Virus record (IMG/VR): IMGVR_UViG_3300044640_002813
Location: 1-55,207 of that record
DNA length: 55,207 bases
Direction: 5' to 3' (one strand)
Origin: a virus
Lineage: Duplodnaviria; Caudoviricetes
The position numbers and the translations under genes are program-made. Positions within the stretch are counted from its first letter, which is position 1, and every line of letters begins with the position of its first letter. Below, one piece after another: positions 45,204-55,207 of the stretch. The notes under the pieces are model-generated. The model searched no databases. It was not told the DNA's origin and saw only the letters and a program-made list of their open reading frames with translations.

Positions 45204-45210
45204 ATAAATA
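45204..45210 (+). promoter_or_regulatory. Late-type promoter motif ATAAATA
   Basis: 20 nt before ATG 45231. Confidence 0.6.
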
Positions 45211-45230
45211 AATAAAAACATTAAAGTTGA

Positions 45231-47720
<2,490 letters not shown>

Positions 47721-47721
47721 C

Positions 47722-47913
47722 ATGAAAGGAACATATGAAATACTTGAGTATATTGCAATCACATCTAATGGAAACGAAAATCGTCAAATGATTGTATATT
47801 ATAGTAATGGCGGCAAGGAAGAAACTCGAGAACTTTATTATTCAGGGTATGTAATTCAAAGAGGATATGCTGAGAGAAGCAGTGTTATTTCTGATCAGCA
47901 GGACGAAGAATAG
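47722..47913 (+). CDS. Small protein after fibre gene (possible fibre chaperone)
   Basis: 63-aa ATG ORF starting 1 nt after the fibre stop. Confidence 0.6.
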   Translation: MKGTYEILEYIAITSNGNENRQMIVYYSNGGKEETRELYYSGYVIQRGYAERSSVISDQQDEE

Positions 47914-47924
47914 TTAAGTTTAAA

Positions 47925-48117
47925 GATAAACGGACTGGCTTGTTTATCCATATAGATTTATTTTTGTTCATTCTATGAGATAAATAAAAATAAACTATTC
48001 AATGCCTCTTAATTTTCCAATTCCTTCTTTTGTCGGTGAGATTTACACTGGACCAAACGGAAATCAATGGGAATGGACCGGCGCAATCTGGAAGATCTTA
48101 ACCCCTACTATTGCAGG
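47925..48117 (+). repeat. Intergenic plus 5'-coding direct repeat; second copy at about 49904-50097
   Basis: About 77 nt of near-identical non-coding sequence followed by the MPLNFP...IWK.LTP.IAGP coding module. Confidence 0.9.
47980..47986 (+). promoter_or_regulatory. Late-type promoter motif ATAAATA
   Basis: 15 nt before ATG 48002. Confidence 0.6.
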
Positions 48118-48850
48118 ACCTACAGGTCCTATTGGCTCAACTGGACCATATCCATTCTATTATCAAAATACTGGCCCGTCAGGACCAACGCAAGTAGGAT
48201 CTTTATGGTATAATTCAGACACTGGAGAATTAGCAGTATACATCGATGACGGAAACTCAGAGCAATGGGTCACTCCGAATGGATATGTCGGTGCAACTGG
48301 ACCAACAGGTAACACTGGACCAACAGGTAACACTGGACCTACGGGAGACACTGGACCTACAGGAGACACTGGACCTACGGGAATTCCAGGTACTGCATCT
48401 AACACTGGTGCAACCGGACCTATCGGAGACACTGGACCTATCGGAGACACTGGACCTATCGGAGACACTGGACCTATCGGAGACACAGGACCTGCTGCAC
48501 CGAAAGTAATACAATTAGCAGCAAGCGATGAGATTACTGCATTAACAGCTGGAACTAACAAAATAACTTTTAGGATGCCGTATGCGATGACGCTATCAGA
48601 AGTTAGATCATCGTTAACAACAGCTCAATCGAGTGGTTCTATATTTACTATCGACATCAACCTAAATGGTTCTTCGGTCCTAGGAACACTTCTTACAATT
48701 GATAATACCGAAAAAACTTCAGTAACCGCTACCACGCCAGCAACAATAACAACAAGTTCACTGACGGATGACGGGGAAATAACTATAGACATAGATCAAA
48801 TTGGAAGCGGAACTGCCGCCGGTCTGAAAATAACTTTAATTGGTACATAA
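48002..48850 (+). CDS. Short collagen fibre protein (MPLNFP family)
   Basis: N-terminal [25 protein letters not shown]; collagen tract; C-terminal beta-sandwich ...[21 protein letters not shown]. Confidence 0.82.
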   Translation: MPLNFPIPSFVGEIYTGPNGNQWEWTGAIWKILTPTIAGPTGPIGSTGPYPFYYQNTGPSGPTQVGSLWYNSDTGELAVYIDDGNSEQWVTPNGYVGATGPTGNTGPTGNTGPTGDTGPTGDTGPTGIPGTASNTGATGPIGDTGPIGDTGPIGDTGPIGDTGPAAPKVIQLAASDEITALTAGTNKITFRMPYAMTLSEVRSSLTTAQSSGSIFTIDINLNGSSVLGTLLTIDNTEKTSVTATTPATITTSSLTDDGEITIDIDQIGSGTAAGLKITLIGT

Positions 48851-49677
48851 TGCCATTTATAATTAATCCATACGTATTTGAGAATAATTTTGATCCTGAT
48901 GCCCAGGCGTTCATAACTTCGAGCGGTATCACAAGCTCGATCGAGCAGAACACACTAAATACTTTTGTTATTGGATTAAAAGGTGCAGGTCTATGGTCAC
49001 TTATCTATTTTATGCATGTTTATCTGGGATCTACTGCTTCTACACACAAGTATAACTTGGTAAATCCATTGGACGCTGACACTGCTTTTAGACTGCAATT
49101 TAATGGAGGATGGACGCATTCAAGCACAGGAGCTACACCGAATGGGGTAAATGCATGGGCCGACACATTTTTTGATCCATCAGTAAATCTTAATACCTCT
49201 GATCTATGTTCATTTGGATACTATTCAAGAACTGATTCAGCCGTTACATCTGAATACGTAATGGGTTCAAACAGTGGATTCACCCAAGCCGCATGTGCTT
49301 TAATAGCAAGAAGAGATACTGGTCTAAGGTTTGCAATTGCAGATTTTCCTTCAGGAACCAATTTTAGAGCAGCAGGGGATTCATTATCTGGAGACGGTAG
49401 AGGATTTTTTGTAGGAAGTGTAGATGGGCCTAACACTAAACTTTATGTAAACGGTGCAGTGGTTGCTTCAAATACTAGTGCAACATTAAATACTTTAGGA
49501 ACATTCGCACCAGTTATAGGAGCAATTAGGGCTGAATCTGGCGGTCCTATTATTGCAGGCTACACTGACAAAGAATGCGCACTCGATTTTGTAGCTAAAA
49601 AATTAAATGATGCCCAAGTGCTAACATTAACCAACTTAGTTCAGGCATTTCAAACCAGTTTAAGTAGACAAGTATGA
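48850..49677 (+). CDS. Putative adhesin / lectin-like receptor-binding protein
   Basis: TAATG-coupled to the fibre; [18 protein letters not shown]; ConA/LamG-like TKLYVNG. Confidence 0.65.
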   Translation: MPFIINPYVFENNFDPDAQAFITSSGITSSIEQNTLNTFVIGLKGAGLWSLIYFMHVYLGSTASTHKYNLVNPLDADTAFRLQFNGGWTHSSTGATPNGVNAWADTFFDPSVNLNTSDLCSFGYYSRTDSAVTSEYVMGSNSGFTQAACALIARRDTGLRFAIADFPSGTNFRAAGDSLSGDGRGFFVGSVDGPNTKLYVNGAVVASNTSATLNTLGTFAPVIGAIRAESGGPIIAGYTDKECALDFVAKKLNDAQVLTLTNLVQAFQTSLSRQV

Positions 49678-49889
49678 TACAAGTAGGATTATTAACAGAA
49701 ACACAAAAGAATGAGATTGAAGGTCAGATGTTTGATCTAGATTCTTACTTTTATCCATTTCAGGACATTGATGACAATTGGATAATATCGATCGAAGAAA
49801 TGGAAAAGTGTGTTAACCCTGCGTTTGATTGGGTAAAGGATTTGACTCTGATTGAACATAAACCGAAGCCGGTTCCTCTTCTTTTTTAA
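49674..49889 (+). CDS. Small acidic protein (possible fibre/adhesin chaperone)
   Basis: 71 aa; ATGA overlap with the upstream gene. Confidence 0.7.
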   Translation: MIQVGLLTETQKNEIEGQMFDLDSYFYPFQDIDDNWIISIEEMEKCVNPAFDWVKDLTLIEHKPKPVPLLF

Positions 49890-49958
49890 TAATCTAATTT
49901 ATGGATAAATGGGCTGCCTTGTTTATTCACATGGATTTATTTTTGTTCATTCTATAAG

Positions 49959-49965
49959 ATAAATA
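49959..49965 (+). promoter_or_regulatory. Late-type promoter motif ATAAATA
   Basis: 15 nt before ATG 49981. Confidence 0.6.
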
Positions 49966-49980
49966 AAAATAAACTACTCA

Positions 49981-52900
49981 ATGCCTCTTAATTTTCCGAC
50001 CCCTTCCTTTATAGGAGAAATTTATACAGGACCTAATGGAAATCAATGGGAATGGAACGGCTCAATTTGGAAGAGCTTGACGCCTGCAATTGCAGGTCCT
50101 ATTGATGTAACCTATTCTCAATTGGTATCAAGTATCGGATCAGGTTCTTTGATTGAGGGATCTTATTATTTAATAACTGATTTTAAAACCTGTTATGACC
50201 AGCCTGATTTTGATTATGACGGCAACCCGATAACAAGTGGCAACTATAAAGATTCAGCTCCAGTTGAGCCTATAATAGTTTTTGCGATAGGTACGGATCG
50301 AATAAGCGAAGACGCATACCAACCCGATTATCCAAATGACCGGATAAAATACGACTGGACATATTCTACGACTGAAGTAACAGGTGGAGCCGCTTATGGT
50401 AGAATAACAGAAAGAATAGACGAGTGGAATAATCGAACTGACTATGATCACAGAAATATTCTTTTTAAGAGATACCGACTATATGTCAGCACCAGTGAAA
50501 ACAGCTTAAGGATAAATGGTCAGATCGATCTTCTCTTTGATGGGACAGTAAATGGAACCGACACTCAATTTACTGATCTTTCAGTAGGAGACGTTATTTT
50601 TATAGACTCAATCAACCCTGGCTATTATGAAATATCTAACATAGCAGATAATGTTACGATGACTGTCATAGGGGACGTTATATCTCCAGTATCCGGATCT
50701 TATTTCTATAGAACAATAGAGATCACAAGAGGGGGTGAATACTTCAGCTATAAGAGAACTAATGTTAAGACGGATGACTATCGGGAATATACAACCTTTG
50801 GAAATGCTCTAGGATCATCATATGCTATTAATAACCGCATAGGAGACTATGCTAATGATTATCTTAATTTAGGTGAGACCTTTATGTTATCTAACAACGC
50901 GTTCTTAATAGGACCAGACGATAGCAACCGACTAGGTAATTTTTGCACTAATAATACGTTTGGTTCTGGATTAGTTTTCAACACTTTTGGAAGTTTATGC
51001 TCCAATAATGCGCTTTCGGGTTCTAAGGTGGAGAGTAACTCAATCGCAAACAGTTTTGTCGGTAACATTATAAATACTAACTTATACCTTAATAGGATAG
51101 GAAACGTTTTCCAATCAAATCTGCTACTTGCAGAAGACGGATCTCAACTAGAATCTAATCAAATAGACGATAGATTTGAGGGTAACTTAATCTATATGAG
51201 TTTTGTCGAAAATTCAATCGGAAATAATTTTAAGGGTAACGTTATAGGGGATTATTCTAATATCAATCAAGGCTTTTATTTTCAAAATAATGAAGTAGAT
51301 GACCTTTTTCAAAATAATAAGATAGGGAGATCTTTTTATTCTAATAGCATCGGTACTTCTTTTAAATCATGTACTGTATATGGAGATTTTTACGACAATG
51401 GAATCTCAGCTAATTTTACGAGTAATGAGATATATGGAGGGTTTTACGAAAACACCATAGATCTCGGGTTTAATAAAAATCAGGTCTATTCAGATTTTTA
51501 CGCAAACACTGTCGGAAAGTTTTTTGACACCAACCGAGTTGGCCCTGGATTTTTTCGGAATCAGATAGGATCAGGATTCCTGTCGAACGCACCCTATAAT
51601 TACGAGTATTTCGGACTGGATAATCTGAATACTGTATTGGACCGAAGTTATGATGTTGCGGGTGGCGCGATACCATCAGAATCAGTTATATTAGGACTAC
51701 CTCTGGTTATGAAAGTAACGTCGGTCGGTCCTGAAAGATATTTTAGAGTGCAATTTCTACAATGGACCCCATCAGGTGGAGGAGGTGGATTTTCGTATGT
51801 ACGAAATGAAATCGATTCTTCTACAGGAGCTGACATTGGCTCTCAAGTCCTTTTTACAAAGACTAACTCGGGTAGCGAAATTGATATAATCATACCAGGA
51901 GTTTTAGAAATAACAAGAGGATCAAGTGATGGAATATACAATGCAGCGACAGAAGGAGGATGGAGCGGATCCAGTCCGGCTGACACCCAGTGGAATTCAG
52001 TATATGTAGTGTATGCATTCGGACTCGACTTTGGATTCAACCAGATAGGGGACGATTTTAGTGACAACCTGATAGGACCTGAATTTGGAGCATTAGGTAA
52101 GAACTCGAATGGAAACTTGATAGGAGACTGCTTTCAAAAAAATACTATTTTTGGAACATTTTTAAACAATTCAATAGGGAACCTGATGACGGAAAATACC
52201 ATAGATGAAGGTTTTATTAATAATAGAATAAAGAACTATTGTGCAGGTAATACAATTGGACCTGGTTGGGAGAACAATGACATCGGGGATTTCTTCGGAA
52301 ATGCGAATCTACCTAATATAATAGGAGGAAACTTTACAAACAACAAAATAGGTAATTTTTTCGGATGCGGATCTACTAAAGATTACGGAGGTAACAAGAT
52401 CGGTACGGTGACCACTTTAAACTACAATTCGGTACAGGGAATACCTTCATCAATCTCTTTGACATCAGGTGGAAGTTCGTATTCAAATTCAAGTAATGTC
52501 GCTACAACTGGAGTCTCCGGATCTGGATTAACAGTTGACATCGTTACTGACGGGCTGGGACTAATCACGTCAATAACAATCAATACTCCAGGTACATATT
52601 ATTCAGTTGGTGATACCATAACAATAACCGGAGGCGGTAACGATGCCACCTTAAACATCGATTCAATCGGTTCATTTAATACTGGCGATGTTCTAGATAA
52701 CGGACTAGGCGATTCTTGTGAAGTAATCGTTGATGATCCAGGATCTTCATTAATGACGGTAAATGTTATAATAGGGGAGTTTGCAAATGGAGAAACCATA
52801 GATAATGGAACAGGTACACTTGCTATTTTTGACTCGATTTCTACGGAACCGGATAAAAATGCAAGTTTTTTAGACAATGTAATAGGTGATTATTTTATAA

Positions 52901-53721
52901 ACAATCAGATCGGGTTTAGATTTGCCGATAATCAAATAGGAAACTATTTTGGAAATAGTGGAGACACCGGAATATCTAACATCATTTTAGACGATTTTAG
53001 AGGAAATGTAATAGATAATTATTTCGGTATTGATGTTGAGACTCCATCAACCGATGAGGGTGGAAATATAATACGAAGTAATTTCATAGAGAATTATATA
53101 GGGGACAGCTTTATTTATAATATTACAGTAGATACCTCAGGCGGAGGATATTACAATAATGTTATCGGATGGGCCTGCACCAATAATATAATAGCTGACG
53201 GATTTAATTATAACAGACTAGGAGACATATTTCAATTCAACATTTTAAGCACCAGCTTTGCGTCAAACAATATAGGATTTTTCTTCAATGTCAATCTAAT
53301 AAGCGATAACTTTTCATCAAATGTGATAGGAGATTTATCCTGGTTCAATGACATAGGTTCAGGCTTTTCTCATAATAAAGCAGGAAATCTATTTGGAGAT
53401 TTCTTCGGAGGAGGCAATACTATAGGGGCAGATGCGATAGACAACATATTTTCTGAGCATGCGGTAGCTAATACTATTGGGGATAATTTTTTTAGTAATT
53501 CTCTTTCTGCGTATTTTGGTGGTAATCTAGTAGGTAATGATTTTCAATACAACACCTCACAATATCCAGTAACAGGATACGATTTTGTTAACCCTTCTCC
53601 TGCGCCTACTCATGTTTACGGAGGGTATACATGTACTATCAGTGGAGATCAATCTGGAAATTTAAAATTAACTTATATAGACGGAACTGGAACCATCGTA
53701 GTAGTGGATCCTGACGAATAA
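49981..53721 (+). CDS. Large beta-helix tail spike/fibre protein (MPLNFP family)
   Basis: 1246 aa; same N-terminal module as 48002; dozens of ~11-aa N.IG..F..N repeats interrupted by inserted domains. Confidence 0.82.
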   Translation: MPLNFPTPSFIGEIYTGPNGNQWEWNGSIWKSLTPAIAGPIDVTYSQLVSSIGSGSLIEGSYYLITDFKTCYDQPDFDYDGNPITSGNYKDSAPVEPIIVFAIGTDRISEDAYQPDYPNDRIKYDWTYSTTEVTGGAAYGRITERIDEWNNRTDYDHRNILFKRYRLYVSTSENSLRINGQIDLLFDGTVNGTDTQFTDLSVGDVIFIDSINPGYYEISNIADNVTMTVIGDVISPVSGSYFYRTIEITRGGEYFSYKRTNVKTDDYREYTTFGNALGSSYAINNRIGDYANDYLNLGETFMLSNNAFLIGPDDSNRLGNFCTNNTFGSGLVFNTFGSLCSNNALSGSKVESNSIANSFVGNIINTNLYLNRIGNVFQSNLLLAEDGSQLESNQIDDRFEGNLIYMSFVENSIGNNFKGNVIGDYSNINQGFYFQNNEVDDLFQNNKIGRSFYSNSIGTSFKSCTVYGDFYDNGISANFTSNEIYGGFYENTIDLGFNKNQVYSDFYANTVGKFFDTNRVGPGFFRNQIGSGFLSNAPYNYEYFGLDNLNTVLDRSYDVAGGAIPSESVILGLPLVMKVTSVGPERYFRVQFLQWTPSGGGGGFSYVRNEIDSSTGADIGSQVLFTKTNSGSEIDIIIPGVLEITRGSSDGIYNAATEGGWSGSSPADTQWNSVYVVYAFGLDFGFNQIGDDFSDNLIGPEFGALGKNSNGNLIGDCFQKNTIFGTFLNNSIGNLMTENTIDEGFINNRIKNYCAGNTIGPGWENNDIGDFFGNANLPNIIGGNFTNNKIGNFFGCGSTKDYGGNKIGTVTTLNYNSVQGIPSSISLTSGGSSYSNSSNVATTGVSGSGLTVDIVTDGLGLITSITINTPGTYYSVGDTITITGGGNDATLNIDSIGSFNTGDVLDNGLGDSCEVIVDDPGSSLMTVNVIIGEFANGETIDNGTGTLAIFDSISTEPDKNASFLDNVIGDYFINNQIGFRFADNQIGNYFGNSGDTGISNIILDDFRGNVIDNYFGIDVETPSTDEGGNIIRSNFIENYIGDSFIYNITVDTSGGGYYNNVIGWACTNNIIADGFNYNRLGDIFQFNILSTSFASNNIGFFFNVNLISDNFSSNVIGDLSWFNDIGSGFSHNKAGNLFGDFFGGGNTIGADAIDNIFSEHAVANTIGDNFFSNSLSAYFGGNLVGNDFQYNTSQYPVTGYDFVNPSPAPTHVYGGYTCTISGDQSGNLKLTYIDGTGTIVVVDPDE

Positions 53722-53733
53722 AATCAATTATAA

Positions 53734-54240
53734 ATGGCACAACGTAAAAATATTCATGGATCTGGATCCTTTCTTAGGGATCTATCTATAATTCAAAAAA
53801 TAGAGGAGATAGTGAACGCTAGTTTTAATCAGTTTAACAAGACTGATCGGTCCCTTTTGAGACTGCAAAAAGAGATGTTTTCACTAGAAAAAAAGGATGA
53901 TGAGGCCAGCTTAAACAGAAAAAAAGAGCTGGAGCAGATAATAACAAAAGAGAGAGATAAGAAGGAAATAGAGAACCGGATGATTGAGAGTGGTGCCCTA
54001 GCTGAATCAGTGATTGAGGCTTTAAAAAAAGAGGATGGAGGTGCAGATATATCAATCGATATAGAGGCAGGCGTAAATGCAGGTCGTGGAAAGGAGCCAA
54101 TAGGGGAACTTCCTCCTGCTCGAGGACTGAAGGAAGCTGTACAGTCATTGATAGATAGAAGATCTTTGCATAGAGATATAAAACAAGAGTTCGGTAAACG
54201 AAATCTAAATTATTTTAATCTTAAAGAGATTGCAAAATAA
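53734..54240 (+). CDS. Hypothetical coiled-coil protein
   Basis: 168-aa ATG ORF. Confidence 0.7.
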   Translation: MAQRKNIHGSGSFLRDLSIIQKIEEIVNASFNQFNKTDRSLLRLQKEMFSLEKKDDEASLNRKKELEQIITKERDKKEIENRMIESGALAESVIEALKKEDGGADISIDIEAGVNAGRGKEPIGELPPARGLKEAVQSLIDRRSLHRDIKQEFGKRNLNYFNLKEIAK

Positions 54241-54243
54241 ATA
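54237..54243 (+). promoter_or_regulatory. Late-type promoter motif ATAAATA
   Basis: 16 nt before ATG 54260. Confidence 0.6.
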
Positions 54244-54259
54244 AAAATAAATTGATCTG

Positions 54260-55207
54260 ATGCCAATTAACTTTCCAACACCCTCCTTTATAGGTGAATT
54301 ATATACCAGTCCAAATGGAGATATTTGGGAATGGAATGGATATGCCTGGTCAAAAGTAGGGGCTCCTTTTAATCAGGGACCTACTGGCTCAACTGGAGCA
54401 TCTGGAAAAACCGGACCTACTGGTTTTAAAGGGGCAACCGGATCCCAGGGACCTCAGGGAATCCAAGGAACACAAGGACCTCAGGGAATCCAAGGACCAC
54501 AAGGAGTTCAAGGACCTCAGGGTCAAACTGGACCTCAGGGCCAAACCGGACCTCAAGGAATCAAGGGATCAACTGGATGGACTGGACTGAACGGCACACC
54601 TGGACCGTCAGGTCCGACTGGGCCCGAAGGTCCAACTGGACCTTTAGGTGGACCCACTGGACCAACAGGAGGAGGAAGCACTGGAGCAACTGGCTGGACT
54701 GGTCCTACTGGTTGGACGGGTCAGACTGGACCAACTGGAGATTCAGGGCCTACTGGAGATTTTGGACCAACTGGAGATACTGGACCTGCTGGAGATACTG
54801 GTCCAACTGGAGATTCAGGGCCTACTGGAGATGCCGGACCATTTGGACCTCAAGGGCCAACTGGGCCAACTGGAATACTAGGAGCGACCGGGTCAATCGG
54901 GTCGACAGGTTCAACTGGACCAACAGGGCCGATAGATTTTAGATATAGAACAACTGGAGTAACTAGCACTCCGTATACTGCAACTTTTTCATTTGATTAT
55001 TATGGAGTTACGTATACCGGAGGAGTATGTAGTATATCCTTGCCAACCGCTGGGGTATTAGATGAAGGGAGAACTATTACAGTCGCCGACGAAGATGGTA
55101 ACATCAGCCTAGGAGGCAGAGGAATCCTGGTTTCCGGAACTGGGGGACAACTGATTGACGGAAGCAGTAGCGTTCTTATGCAGATAGATTACATGTCGTT
55201 AACCTTT
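54260..55207 (+). CDS. Collagen fibre protein (MPLNFP family), 3'-truncated; missing from the ORF track
   Basis: Hand translation is open from ATG 54260 to the window end: [27 protein letters not shown], a long Gly-X-Y tract, then ...SISLPTAG...[11 protein letters not shown]...LIDG. Confidence 0.88.
   Translation, partial: MPINFPTPSFIGELYTSPNGDIWEWNGYAWSKVGAPFNQGPTGSTGASGKTGPTGFKGATGSQGPQGIQGTQGPQGIQGPQGVQGPQGQTGPQGQTGPQGIKGSTGWTGLNGTPGPSGPTGPEGPTGPLGGPTGPTGGGSTGATGWTGPTGWTGQTGPTGDSGPTGDFGPTGDTGPAGDTGPTGDSGPTGDAGPFGPQGPTGPTGILGATGSIGSTGSTGPTGPIDFRYRTTGVTSTPYTATFSFDYYGVTYTGGVCSISLPTAGVLDEGRTITVADEDGNISLGGRGILVSGTGGQLIDGSSSVLMQIDYMSLTF

Overview
AT-rich, densely coding 55-kb segment of a large T4-related (myovirus-type, probably jumbo) phage, read with the standard genetic code. 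The host is most likely a Bacteroidota bacterium, judged from a Bacteroidota-type RpoD, DUF4494, bS21 and A-rich starts without Shine-Dalgarno sites. The left part (about 1.4-28.7 kb) is a block of mostly unknown late genes. At least 15 of them carry an N-terminal peptide resembling the T4 capsid-targeting sequence and ending in an (I/L/V)-x-E prohead-protease-type site. Their payloads include OmpA-like, annexin-like, pre-toxin-TG-like, peptidoglycan-binding, M23 and GH19 domains, so the block looks like a set of head-packaged ejection or envelope-breaching cargo. It also holds a duplicated two-gene cassette (tagged cargo plus a convergent secreted partner), a RimK-like/bS21/Nudix operon and a DUF6378 plus T4-type DNA beta-glucosyltransferase operon. 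The right part holds gp26/gp51-like baseplate chaperones with a candidate frameshift, membrane proteins, an ECF sigma factor, terminase subunits, a gp6-like baseplate wedge, a degenerate amidoligase and an array of collagen and beta-helix fibre cassettes. Three upstream motif classes are visible: ATAAATA (late-type), AAAC-N16-GTAyAAT and GATTATAACCAATTAAAT. No tRNA, rRNA, CRISPR array or transposon was seen. All family assignments come from motif recognition by eye; no database searches were run.
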